Below, piece by piece: positions 9,051 through 17,791 of a DNA stretch of 44,841 bases. Position 1 is the first letter of the stretch. Each line of letters starts with the position of its first letter. Source of the DNA: a virus. Lineage: Duplodnaviria; Caudoviricetes. The notes beneath the pieces were generated by a model. The model ran no database searches, was not told the origin of the DNA, and was given only the letters and a program-made list of their open reading frames with translations. Both the position numbers and the translations under genes were made by a program. The DNA lies in the IMG/VR virus record IMGVR_UViG_3300037408_000662, positions 1 to 44,841 of that record; one strand, given 5' to 3'.

Positions 9051-9967
9051 GATCCGACCGTATCCAACCTGTCGAGCGACTTCGAGATCAGCGCCATCAC
9101 CGGCCGGATCTCAGCCAGGAAGGCATCCGCGTCCATGACGTCCTCGTCCAGGCGACCGGCGTCATACGACGCAGCCAGGGAGTCCACGGCGGACTCGAAC
9201 ACGTCAGCCACGGCCTCGTCATCGAATTCCAGGTTGATCATCTCGATGATGTTGCCGATGCGGCCCAGGATCTCATCGCGCACGCTCATGGTGCGTTCCT
9301 CCTGCTCACCGAGCAGATGCTCCAGCTCGACCGCGAACTCCTCGCCACGTCGGGCAGCCATGCGCTCCGACTTCTTCGCGGACTTCGCACCCTTGCCGGT
9401 ACGTGCCCAGAGGGATGCTTTGCGCTTGCTCTTCGCCAGCTTGCCCGCACCGCCCGCTGCCACGGCCGCTCGCACGCAGCCTTTGCCGTTGGGGTTCTTG
9501 CGGTAGCCCGGAGGACACACGATAGAGAGCTTCTTGGCCATGCCGCCCGCTTTGAACTTGCGGGTCCGCTTGCCCATGACCTCTTGCACCAGGTGCCGAG
9601 CGACTTCTTCAGCGCGCTCCTGGATACCACGGACGTTGCGCGGGATGCGCTTCGTCTTGAGGCCCTCGATCACGCGCTGCACATCGTCTTCGGCCAGGTT
9701 CTCGAATGGGAGAGCCATGATGCGGTCGAACAAGACATGCGTGACGAACGGGCCGTCCATCGGGTCATGCCGAGACTCCTCGTAGTCCTCGCCATCCTCT
9801 TCCTCGTCGTCCATCTCCTCTTCGTCGTCCTCCATGTCCCTGGAGCAAGACTTCTCCGACAGCGGCACGCCCAAGGCCACCGATGCCATGACGTCTTCGT
9901 TCAAGCCGCCGATTCCCAGGGCATCCAGATCCTCTTGCAGGGTATTCGCACTCAGCTTGGTCTTCAT
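9041..9967 (-). CDS. Probable prohead core protein (positional analogue of T4 gp67/gp68)
   Basis: Between portal and protease; acidic tract plus basic segment; ATG 9967 is ATGA-coupled. Confidence 0.55.
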   Translation of the reverse strand: MKTKLSANTLQEDLDALGIGGLNEDVMASVALGVPLSEKSCSRDMEDDEEEMDDEEEDGEDYEESRHDPMDGPFVTHVLFDRIMALPFENLAEDDVQRVIEGLKTKRIPRNVRGIQERAEEVARHLVQEVMGKRTRKFKAGGMAKKLSIVCPPGYRKNPNGKGCVRAAVAAGGAGKLAKSKRKASLWARTGKGAKSAKKSERMAARRGEEFAVELEHLLGEQEERTMSVRDEILGRIGNIIEMINLEFDDEAVADVFESAVDSLAASYDAGRLDEDVMDADAFLAEIRPVMALISKSLDRLDTVGSGN

Positions 9968-10824
9968 TTCGTCTCCTCTGCGCCTTTCTTGGACCGCCCC
10001 TTCAGGTATGCGGCCACAACTTCCATGGTTCTCGCTCGCCCGCACAGCCGATCATGAGCCAATGCCATCCGGTCTATGTCTTCCGCTCTCATCAACTGTT
10101 CGGCCTTGGCGAGCAGCCCACGGAGGAGCTGCGCTTCAGCAATTAGCGACTGGCGGATGGCACCATAAAACCCATCTGTTTCATCAAACACCAAGCCAGA
10201 GATTCCGTCAACAATCTCACTCAGCCGGGTAGAAACGATCCCCAGGGACTCATGCAGTTCTTCGTTGAACTCCGGTAGCCGTCCAGACGGGATCTTCGCG
10301 TATGCCGTCTTTGGAATACGCGCCTCCAGCTCCCGGATCGATCCCCACATCGCCGTGCGGATCTTCTCTTGGTTCGCCTGGTAGGCCACGTGCCAATTAT
10401 TGGCATCCTCTGACAGCATGGCGCAGTCCATATACGCGATCACATCACCTAGCCAATAGTCCTCGTCCTTCTTCAAGAGTCCGGCGAGCACGCGAACCCG
10501 GGTTCGCGTCATCGGCTCCCCATGGAGCATACCATGCGCGATCTCCTTCAGTTCATCCGCCACCAGTCGAGGAAGCTGCGCATCCTCATACACCGGAATC
10601 GGATCTACCCGGATCTCGACGTTCTCGATCACGCCGCCATTGATAGCGAATACGGCCTCCGCCAACCTCCCACTCGGATCGCGGAACAAGGCGCAGTCGT
10701 CCTTGGTCGCAATCATCTCGACCTCAGCCCCAACGGCGCGTGAGACAGCTTCCGCCACTTGGCCGATGCGCTCCTCGATGCTCCCGTCCAACCACTTCTT
10801 CATGTCCTGGGACTTCGCGTACAT
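9964..10824 (-). CDS. Hypothetical head-module protein
   Basis: GAGG RBS before ATG 10824; directly follows the portal gene. Confidence 0.65.
   Translation of the reverse strand: MYAKSQDMKKWLDGSIEERIGQVAEAVSRAVGAEVEMIATKDDCALFRDPSGRLAEAVFAINGGVIENVEIRVDPIPVYEDAQLPRLVADELKEIAHGMLHGEPMTRTRVRVLAGLLKKDEDYWLGDVIAYMDCAMLSEDANNWHVAYQANQEKIRTAMWGSIRELEARIPKTAYAKIPSGRLPEFNEELHESLGIVSTRLSEIVDGISGLVFDETDGFYGAIRQSLIAEAQLLRGLLAKAEQLMRAEDIDRMALAHDRLCGRARTMEVVAAYLKGRSKKGAEETK
10490..10509. repeat. Palindrome copy (perfect), intragenic
   Basis: ACGCGAACCCGGGTTCGCGT, encoding TRTRVRV. Confidence 0.75.
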
Positions 10825-10837
10825 GGTCACCTCGTAA

Positions 10838-12514
10838 TCATGACCCGGTGCGAGCACTGCGCACGCGGCGCTCGACGCGGGAAATGGCGGGCTCGATCCG
10901 GGCGAGTCGCCGCAACACCTCGTTCTGCCCCCCGGATGTCTCAGCCATCACCCGGCGGATCTCGCGCCGTACGTCCTCGGTCGCACCCGCCTGGAGCTGT
11001 TCTCCCTCGGCACCACCAGCAATCATGCCCGCCATGGGGCTCAGCTCCGGGAACCGCTGCATGATGTCCGCCTGCACCTGCGCCTGCGCCATGGCCGTGG
11101 ACTCGTCCTCGTTGCGCTTCGCCTCGGTCGCGAACAACGCGTCCTCATCCGACATGTGGAAGATGTTGGCGATGATCCACGGGATCGTGAAGAAGTCGCG
11201 CAAACCAACGGCCAGCGCCACCCGCGCGTTCCATACCTCGATCTGCTGCATCTCAAAGATGCTGCTCGGCGCGGGCATCCGCAGATCCCACTTCACCGAG
11301 TCGGGATCGATGTTCAGCGCGGCCAGATGCACGCGCACCACTTGCAACAGACCATTCGTGAACTCGCTCTGGAGACGCATCTCCAAGCGCGCAAACTGCA
11401 CGTCCTCCTGGGTCAACGCGGCCCGGTTCGTCACCTCAGTACCGCCCAGGTACTGCGGCGGGATGCGGATGGCCGCGTACAGCTTCTTCAGGAAGTAGCC
11501 GAGCACATTGGTGTCGTCGTAGTCTGGTCCAGCGACGACCTCTACCCGCGATGATTCCTTGCCCGCCCGCGTCGGGATGAAGAAGTCCTCCGATTGCTCC
11601 AAGGGGTTGAATCTGAAGTCCAGTTTGCCTGTGGACGGATCCACGATCCGGCGCTTCTTGTAGCGGCGCCGAACCTCCTCCACCATGGCCTTGGCCTCGC
11701 GAGGCGGCATCTCTCCGGTGTCCACGTAGAAGGCAAAACGGGCCGGGGCCTTGGTCAGCTTGCAGACCAGGCTGTTGTCCTCCAGCATCAGGAGGCGCTT
11801 CCAGATCCACCGGGCCGAGTCCAGCAGGGAGTAGCCGTACAGCGCCCGCATCTGCTTGCCGCGCAGACGCCAGTGCGCCACCTCCCAGGGGTAGAAGAAA
11901 GTCGCCGTGCTGCCGTCACGCTTCTCGCGCAGCTTCTCCAGATCCTCCCGCGTCGCAATGTTGAAGGAGAACATGCCGGACGGATCTTGGACGAACCCGA
12001 CGAGGTTGCCCTTCACGTCGATGATACGCCGCATAGTCGGCGGGGGCAGCCAGTTGAGTCCCAGAACGCCAGTCTCGTTCATCACGATCTCGGCATACAG
12101 GTTGCCGTATTTTCCAAACGTGCGAACAGCCGCCCAGATGTCCTCTTCGATACGAATGCGCCGGTGCAACAGGTCGTTGATGATGTCCCGGACAATCTTG
12201 TCCTTCGAGGTTCCCCAGATCACTCGCCCATGCACAGCGTCCGTGATCGTCGCGTCGTCGGCGTAGATGTCCAGCGCCGCGCTGATCTCCGGGTAGTCGT
12301 CCATGTTCTCGTAGTCGGCATAGCGGAGCATGAGGTCCGCATCGACCGAGAGCATCGTCGCAAGCTGTTGGTATGCCCCACCCATGCCGGAGTCTGGCGC
12401 GCTCGGCACCATGTTCGGCATAGACGATTCGCCAGAAGACCCACGGGCCAGCTCAGTGACCTTGCCCGTGGTGTCGCGGCTGAAGAACTTCTTGACGGTG
12501 TCCATCCAGCCCAT
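10838..12514 (-). CDS. gp20: Portal protein, T4 gp20-like
   Basis: YENMDDYPEISAALDIYADD, LLMLEDN..K..KAP.R..FYVDTGEMP, EDFFIP.R, YF.KKLY.A.RIP and EDVQFA motifs. Confidence 0.93.
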   Translation of the reverse strand: MGWMDTVKKFFSRDTTGKVTELARGSSGESSMPNMVPSAPDSGMGGAYQQLATMLSVDADLMLRYADYENMDDYPEISAALDIYADDATITDAVHGRVIWGTSKDKIVRDIINDLLHRRIRIEEDIWAAVRTFGKYGNLYAEIVMNETGVLGLNWLPPPTMRRIIDVKGNLVGFVQDPSGMFSFNIATREDLEKLREKRDGSTATFFYPWEVAHWRLRGKQMRALYGYSLLDSARWIWKRLLMLEDNSLVCKLTKAPARFAFYVDTGEMPPREAKAMVEEVRRRYKKRRIVDPSTGKLDFRFNPLEQSEDFFIPTRAGKESSRVEVVAGPDYDDTNVLGYFLKKLYAAIRIPPQYLGGTEVTNRAALTQEDVQFARLEMRLQSEFTNGLLQVVRVHLAALNIDPDSVKWDLRMPAPSSIFEMQQIEVWNARVALAVGLRDFFTIPWIIANIFHMSDEDALFATEAKRNEDESTAMAQAQVQADIMQRFPELSPMAGMIAGGAEGEQLQAGATEDVRREIRRVMAETSGGQNEVLRRLARIEPAISRVERRVRSARTGS

Positions 12515-12516
12515 GT

Positions 12517-14574
12517 TCAGTCATCTCCTATGAAGAAGGGCATCAGAACGTGGGCAGACTGGGCCGAGCGTGCCGCACGCACCTCATCCAAATCCACGTC
12601 CTCGGCTGGGATCATGTCGCTCACCCAGCCATGATCATGACCGACCGCTACTCTTGGTGTATCAGCATCCGCCGCCCACGGCAAGCGAGCGGCCTGTTGC
12701 CGTAGCCCCCAGACAACGCCCGCCAGAGCATCAGAAACGTCTTTGCTGCTATGTCGAGGATGATCGATTTTACCCTTCACGCGATCATATTCAAGGGATC
12801 GCAACTCTTGGAGCAGCGGCGTGTACTCATAGAACTCGATACGCTTCTCGTAGATGGCCGACTTCAACTCCTCGAACGGGTCAATGGTGCGATCCATGGA
12901 GATTAGTTCAGTATGGATGCCATGTCGCCGGATCTGCTGGTGCATCTCGACGTACTGAAAGGAGTCGCTCGAAAACCCATGAATGGGGAAACCATGTGCC
13001 TGCAACTCATACACAAGCCGCCGCAGGTCAGGCATATAGATCTGGTCTCCCGACGGCGGCCGGATGCACAGCATTGCTTCAATGACATAATATGGTGCGG
13101 TGTCCGTGTAGGCATGTCCTTCGCCATCCCGTCGCACCACCTCGACCCACCGCGAGATGCGCCCCATGACGAATCCCGTGCTGTCCCCTGAGATGGACGT
13201 GTCGATATGAATCCAACGCGGACTACTCGGCTCCTCCTTGGGAGCCCATGCCGTCTCGATGAACCCGCCCGGCAAACGCCGCTCGATCTTGCGGCACAGA
13301 TAGTCCCAGTCGAATGTCGCAGGCGACCCCGAGATCCAGACCTCGCTGGAGAATGGATGCTTGCGATCCTTGGAGATGCACGCATCAATGGCATCCACCC
13401 GCTGGAAGAACGCCGAGATCGCCTGCGTCGAGACGCCCGCGATGTCGCGCAACGAGTCCTCTAGGTTCGACTCGAAGTCCTCTTTGTACTCAACTGGCAC
13501 CTCAATCAGCCAGGCGTTGTTTTCTTGAAGATACTCCTGCGAGATCTCGTCGTACTCCCCGTCTTCGAGGATGCGCGAGCGCAAGCTGGACTTCGAGCAC
13601 AACACGTAAAACCATTTACCACAGAAGTGGTCCTTGGGCTTAGACGTCCACGCCGTATGATCCCGCACGAATACCGTTGGGTCACGCCGTGCCTCTCGGA
13701 GTTTGCGCTCGGTGAAGCTGTCCAACGTCGCCGCCGACGACACCATGATGACCATGCCCGGGAAATCGCCACCCGCTGTCTGGAAGCGCGACTTGATCCG
13801 CCGCACCATGGATCGGTACACCTTCTCCACAATGTCGAAGTTCGCTGCCGTGAGCTGTTTGCCAAACGTCTGGTTGATCTGCTGCGCAGACCGCTTTGGC
13901 GGGAAGTTTGTTTCATCCAGGAAGGATGAAAAAATATTCGCTCCCAAAGATCGTTCTGCCCCATACGATCCAATGGTCATGCGGATGTTGTGCGGGAACA
14001 GCGTGTAGTCCGTTGAAAACCGAGGCGTGAAGTGCTGCATGAAGTACGGGCTCAACTTGATCTTGTCGTCGATGCTCGTCTTCATCACCTCCCGCGCCAG
14101 CACGAGGTTCTTGGAGATCAGCATGATCACCATCTCGGTGCCCGGCGACAGTCCAAACGTCAACTGTGGGTTCTTCAAACAGGACAGCTCGTACAGAATG
14201 CGGCAGATGGCCGCGCTGGCCAAGAAGGTTTTGCCAGCGCCGATTGATCCTGTGAGCACCACCTCTCGATATGGAGCCGAAAACAGGTCCACCAGATCTT
14301 GCTTGAGCGCCGGGTACATCGTCGCCATGGAGTCACCAAGGTAATAGGGGTCTTCGATGAACTGCTGAATAGAGACAGGCGGCCGACGGTACAGCGACTC
14401 GTTCAACTCCACGCTCAGTGCCGCCGCCGAATTCGGATCGCCCTCGTTCAGTAGCGCCTGGATCAGCGCCCGCTCCTCGGGCGTACACAGCGCGTACCCC
14501 TCAGTGAATGATCGAATGTCCTCCGAGTTGGTGCGAATGCTGCGCCGACGTCCGTTGGAGGCGGTGACGATCAT
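12517..14574 (-). CDS. terL: Terminase large subunit
   Basis: Walker A GSIGAGKT, Walker B FLDE, VSS motif, nuclease HID...D and KDVSDALAG; adjacent to the portal gene. Confidence 0.92.
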   Translation of the reverse strand: MIVTASNGRRRSIRTNSEDIRSFTEGYALCTPEERALIQALLNEGDPNSAAALSVELNESLYRRPPVSIQQFIEDPYYLGDSMATMYPALKQDLVDLFSAPYREVVLTGSIGAGKTFLASAAICRILYELSCLKNPQLTFGLSPGTEMVIMLISKNLVLAREVMKTSIDDKIKLSPYFMQHFTPRFSTDYTLFPHNIRMTIGSYGAERSLGANIFSSFLDETNFPPKRSAQQINQTFGKQLTAANFDIVEKVYRSMVRRIKSRFQTAGGDFPGMVIMVSSAATLDSFTERKLREARRDPTVFVRDHTAWTSKPKDHFCGKWFYVLCSKSSLRSRILEDGEYDEISQEYLQENNAWLIEVPVEYKEDFESNLEDSLRDIAGVSTQAISAFFQRVDAIDACISKDRKHPFSSEVWISGSPATFDWDYLCRKIERRLPGGFIETAWAPKEEPSSPRWIHIDTSISGDSTGFVMGRISRWVEVVRRDGEGHAYTDTAPYYVIEAMLCIRPPSGDQIYMPDLRRLVYELQAHGFPIHGFSSDSFQYVEMHQQIRRHGIHTELISMDRTIDPFEELKSAIYEKRIEFYEYTPLLQELRSLEYDRVKGKIDHPRHSSKDVSDALAGVVWGLRQQAARLPWAADADTPRVAVGHDHGWVSDMIPAEDVDLDEVRAARSAQSAHVLMPFFIGDD

Positions 14575-15317
14575 CTCTTTCCCGAATCTTCTTCGGTTGG
14601 TCCTAATGCGGATTTCGGGGTGATCGACTCAGAATATTCGGCGTCTATGGCATCCGGGTATTGTTCGGAATCATCCCGCGAACCCAGGTTCGCCTCTTCC
14701 ATGTCCGATTCCATGACATCCCCGCGATCTGAAATCCGTATCACACGCCTCAACAGCCCCAGCACCTTGGCCCTCGAAACCGGGTCGCCAAAGGCCCGTG
14801 CCGCGCCTTCGCCGTACTTATCCCGGATCTCGGCCAGCCGCTCCGCCGACACCGTCAGCGTGCCAAGGTCGCGAGATCCCGTGAGCCCCAGGTCCATCTT
14901 GATGTCGTGCATCCGAGAGATGTAGTCCATCAAGACCTTGGCCTGCCGGTCCACATCGGGGTTCACCTTGCCGTTGCGTCGCTCCTCACCATGGGACAGG
15001 TCGAATCTGTACAGTAACGCCTCGTAGGCTCGCTCCAGGCGGCGCAAGTCTTCCAGCCGGTCGCTGAACTCCTTCTGCGCCTTAACCACAACGTGCGGGA
15101 GCCTTGGGGCAATCAGGTCCGCGCCAACGATCTCCCTCTCTCTATAATCTCCGAGTATGCCTGCAAGAGATGCTCGCGTTACCTCAAGGTATTCACCTTC
15201 GTCTTCTTGAATGTACCTCGCGACTTCTGGACACGGATAACCGCAGCACAAGCGCTCATAGACCTCTTGATGGCAGCGTAACTTCTTGACCTTTTCGAAT
15301 GGGTTCCCCCGGCTCAT
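14571..15317 (-). CDS. Probable terminase small subunit
   Basis: ATGA-coupled directly upstream of terL; N-terminal helical/HTH-like region, central coiled coil, acidic tail. Confidence 0.55.
   Translation of the reverse strand: MSRGNPFEKVKKLRCHQEVYERLCCGYPCPEVARYIQEDEGEYLEVTRASLAGILGDYREREIVGADLIAPRLPHVVVKAQKEFSDRLEDLRRLERAYEALLYRFDLSHGEERRNGKVNPDVDRQAKVLMDYISRMHDIKMDLGLTGSRDLGTLTVSAERLAEIRDKYGEGAARAFGDPVSRAKVLGLLRRVIRISDRGDVMESDMEEANLGSRDDSEQYPDAIDAEYSESITPKSALGPTEEDSGKR
14677..14693. repeat. Palindrome copy inside the putative terS, ~100 nt upstream of the terL start
   Basis: CGCGAACCCAGGTTCGC. Confidence 0.7.
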
Positions 15318-15426
15318 AAAGCACCACTAGCAGACACATTTCTATGAATGTGCATCGGAATACGGGTCATCTGTCAGCCTTTGTCATCTAGTCGATCTCT
15401 ATAGGGAGATCGCTGCAACGATGTTC

Positions 15427-15456
15427 AGGGTATGCGCGGCAAAGTGTGTTTGTCAA
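15427..15456 (-). promoter_or_regulatory. Sigma70-like promoter (TTGACAAAC family) upstream of the terminase operon
   Basis: TTGACA at 15456-15451, 18 nt, TACCCT (weak -10). Confidence 0.45.
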
Positions 15457-15468
15457 GAGAAGGGTAAG

Positions 15469-15903
15469 CTACTGGGGTGGGGAGCACGGCCAGTTGGCGA
15501 TATGGAAAGCGCGCAGGATGAGTCGGTCGAACAGAAGGGGCGGGTCAGTCATTTCGACATGGGTGACGACGGTCTGCTTCGTGATCAGGGTCTTGGCTGC
15601 GCCGCCTTCGGTCCAGCGAAGCGCGCAGATACGTTCGGCAGCCGGAGGTGGCTGTTTCAGCGCATTGAACCGTTCTCCTGCCTTTGGAAAGCCGCTCATG
15701 ATGAACTCAATAAGCGCATCGTCATGGGCACCCCGAAGGATGCGGAACAGGTCGACGTCCCGGGACTGAAAGTCGATCTCCGCGTACTCCACCCTCGCCC
15801 AGATCCAGCCCGCGAAGTCATCCCGCATGATCTCGTCCCCAATGGGGGCCACCCCAAACTCCAGCGGCACCGTCACACACCAGACGCCACGCGCGATCTC
15901 CAT
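15469..15903 (-). CDS. Hypothetical protein (144 aa)
   Basis: AGGAG RBS before ATG 15903 (MEIARGVW); the longer track ORF extends into the repeat array. Confidence 0.6.
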   Translation of the reverse strand: MEIARGVWCVTVPLEFGVAPIGDEIMRDDFAGWIWARVEYAEIDFQSRDVDLFRILRGAHDDALIEFIMSGFPKAGERFNALKQPPPAAERICALRWTEGGAAKTLITKQTVVTHVEMTDPPLLFDRLILRAFHIANWPCSPPQ

Positions 15904-15932
15904 CTCCTGGCCCTCCTTTCTGCAAGCAGTCG

Positions 15933-15973
15933 AAAAAAGCGGTCGGGACCGGGGGGTAAGTCCGATCCCGACC
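15933..15973 (-). terminator. Intrinsic terminator closing the array transcript
   Basis: GGTCGGGATCGG-loop-CCGGTCCCGACC 12-bp stem (one G-U) followed by GCTTTTTT. Confidence 0.8.
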
Positions 15974-15988
15974 TGTCGTTCCATCCTA

Positions 15989-16846
15989 CCAGCCGTTACA
16001 TGCCGAGCGGCTCCCCACCAGACCTTCCCACTCCTGCCTTGACGTGCCCTACCCAGCCCCGTGCTGCGCCTCCATGCTCCGCCATACCTGCCTTGCCAGG
16101 CCCAACCCATTCCCACCGTGACCCACCTGGCCTCGCCTGCCCGGCCTCAACAAGCCAATCCATCCCACTCCCAACCTGCCGATCCGATCCAGGACTCACC
16201 TAGCCCCGCCAGTCCTAACCCCGCCTGCCGTTCCCGGACATGCCTCACCGTTTCTTAACGCGCCTGGCCTATCCTGCCGATCCGCTCCAGGCCCGTCCCG
16301 AACTCGACTCGCCTTGCCTATCCTGCCCGTCCGCTCCGGTCCCTGCGCAACCGTACCGTGCCGTTCCAGCCGATCCGAGCCTCGCCGCACCCTACCGTAC
16401 CGAACCGCGACAAGCCGTTCCTGTCCTGCCCTTCCACACCATGCCGGACCCTACCGCGACTTGCCTCACCTCTCCTGCCTTGCCAAACCACACGTCACCA
16501 GGCCGCGCCAAGCCGATCCTCGCCGCGCCTGCCCATCCGCACCTAAACTGGCCAGGCCAGACCTTGCCCCTCCAGTCCTGCCATTCCAAACCTCTCCGCC
16601 CATGCCGAATCCATCCATGCCAAGCCTGCCACACATTGCCTCGTCCAACCGAATTATACCAAGACCAGCCGATCCCCGCCTGCCATGCCATGCCAAACCG
16701 ATCCCGACCTCAACCATCCAAGCCCCGCCATTCCTGCCTTTCCGCACCACGCCGCTCCTCACCCATCCAGTCCCAGCCGTTCCTGCCATGCCATACCCCT
16801 CCCGACCCAGCCTCACCGGGACTTGCCTATCCTGCCATGCCTGGCC
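15989..16846 (-). ncRNA. GGH-NN pentamer array of 17 GGCA-delimited units; putative guide-RNA array (VIPR-like)
   Basis: Plus-strand CCTGCC/CCAGCC at 15989, 16033, 16087, 16136, 16175, 16224, 16273, 16322, 16366, 16425, 16474, 16528, 16577, 16625, 16679, 16733, 16782, 16831; 16 of 17 spacings are 5n+4; 7-11 pentamers per unit. Confidence 0.8.
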
Positions 16847-16847
16847 C

Positions 16848-16903
16848 AGATCGCCATCCTCCCAAGAGTAGCGATCCAAGCCCGTTGAAAGGAGGACGCG
16901 GGC
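16848..16903 (-). other. Structured leader: two hairpins with complementary loops
   Basis: GCCCG/CGGGC and GGATCGCTA/TGGCGATCT stems; loop TCCTCCT can pair with loop GGGAGGA. Confidence 0.5.
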
Positions 16904-17725
16904 CTATGCCTCGTCCTCTTCGGCGTCTTCCGCCTTCTTGCCCTTCTTTTTCTTGCTCTTCTTCTTCAGCATCTCATTCGCGGCCACGGCCTTCTGGATC
17001 TGCAACGCTTCAAGCACTGACTTTGCGTCCATCTCGCCCTTGCGCAGGTAGCCCGACGCCTTGGTCCACTTCGGCTTCTCCGGTAGATCCTCAACGTCAG
17101 CCGCCTCGAAACGCCCGTGCGTCCCATCCTTCTCCGGGCGCCACTCGAAGATGCCCACGCCGTATCCAGCCGTGTTGATCAAGTTGATAATTTGCTCTTT
17201 GGAAATTCCCAGCGCGTTGTACTCAATCACGACGTCAATCGCCCACTCTGGGTACTCCGGGCGAAAGCGGATGTCCGCCGTCTTCGCACCCTTCTGACCA
17301 CCCACCCGCACAGGGTCCAAGCGCATCAAGCCCTTCATGGGCGTTCCGTCTTCTGCATTCAAAATCGCAGCGCGCTCCTTGTCCACCGTGCCCCAGACGA
17401 AGAACGCCTGTCGCATGTGCGTCTTCTTCAGGTCGCTCACCATGCTGATCGCCGAGATCATGGCCTTCTTAACCGCCGTCGCCAAAACGGCCTCGTGGCC
17501 GTCCCGGTCGTAGTATTTGGCGTCCTCCATCTCCTGCTCAGCGTTCTTTTCCTCGCGCGCTCCCTTGGGGATCTTCATCGACTTGCCCAGTATTTCCAAA
17601 ACCGCCTTCTTCGACCAGGCATGCACTATCAGCGGATCGTACCCCTGGATGCGCACTCGCATGTATCGAATGTCCAGGAACGGTTTGAACTTCGTGGTCA
17701 CGCCCGACTTCTCTTCCTTCGCCAT
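16904..17725 (-). CDS. RAMP/Cas7-like RNA-binding protein (Vipr-like), 273 aa
   Basis: N-terminal strand RVRIQGYDPLIVH, ATAVKKAMISA helix, DIRFRPEYPEW..V.IEY and Gly-rich loop AGYGVGIFEWRPEKDGTHGRF, a RAMP-type pattern; GGAGG RBS before ATG 17725; abuts the array. Confidence 0.75.
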   Translation of the reverse strand: MAKEEKSGVTTKFKPFLDIRYMRVRIQGYDPLIVHAWSKKAVLEILGKSMKIPKGAREEKNAEQEMEDAKYYDRDGHEAVLATAVKKAMISAISMVSDLKKTHMRQAFFVWGTVDKERAAILNAEDGTPMKGLMRLDPVRVGGQKGAKTADIRFRPEYPEWAIDVVIEYNALGISKEQIINLINTAGYGVGIFEWRPEKDGTHGRFEAADVEDLPEKPKWTKASGYLRKGEMDAKSVLEALQIQKAVAANEMLKKKSKKKKGKKAEDAEEDEA

Positions 17726-17736
17726 ATTGTCCTCCG

Positions 17737-17756
17737 ACGCGAACCCGGGTTCGCGT
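17737..17756. promoter_or_regulatory. Perfect 20-bp palindrome ACGCGAACCCGGGTTCGCGT (operator-like)
   Basis: Between the -10 box and RBS of the RAMP-like gene; one of 7 copies. Confidence 0.75.
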
Positions 17757-17791
17757 GTAAAGCGGCAATCCACTGCCGCAATCCTGTGGCC

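Noticed and set aside
15989-16846. Canonical CRISPR array
   Set aside because: No 25-40-nt direct repeat; the only constant parts are GGCA and the interleaved GG; no cas1/cas2
15989-16846. Simple microsatellite or G-quadruplex-only element
   Set aside because: Units are not homogenised, GGG is avoided at position 3, and the regular 4-nt delimiter plus flanking leader and terminator need another explanation; two-tier G4 folding is not excluded
15996-17178. Track ORFs across the array (16240..17178+, 16314..16871+, 16466..16879-, 16392..16691-, N-terminal part of 15469..16116-)
   Set aside because: Pro-rich or Gly/Trp/Arg-rich translations are artefacts of 5-nt periodicity; unit lengths of 5n+4 do not preserve any reading frame
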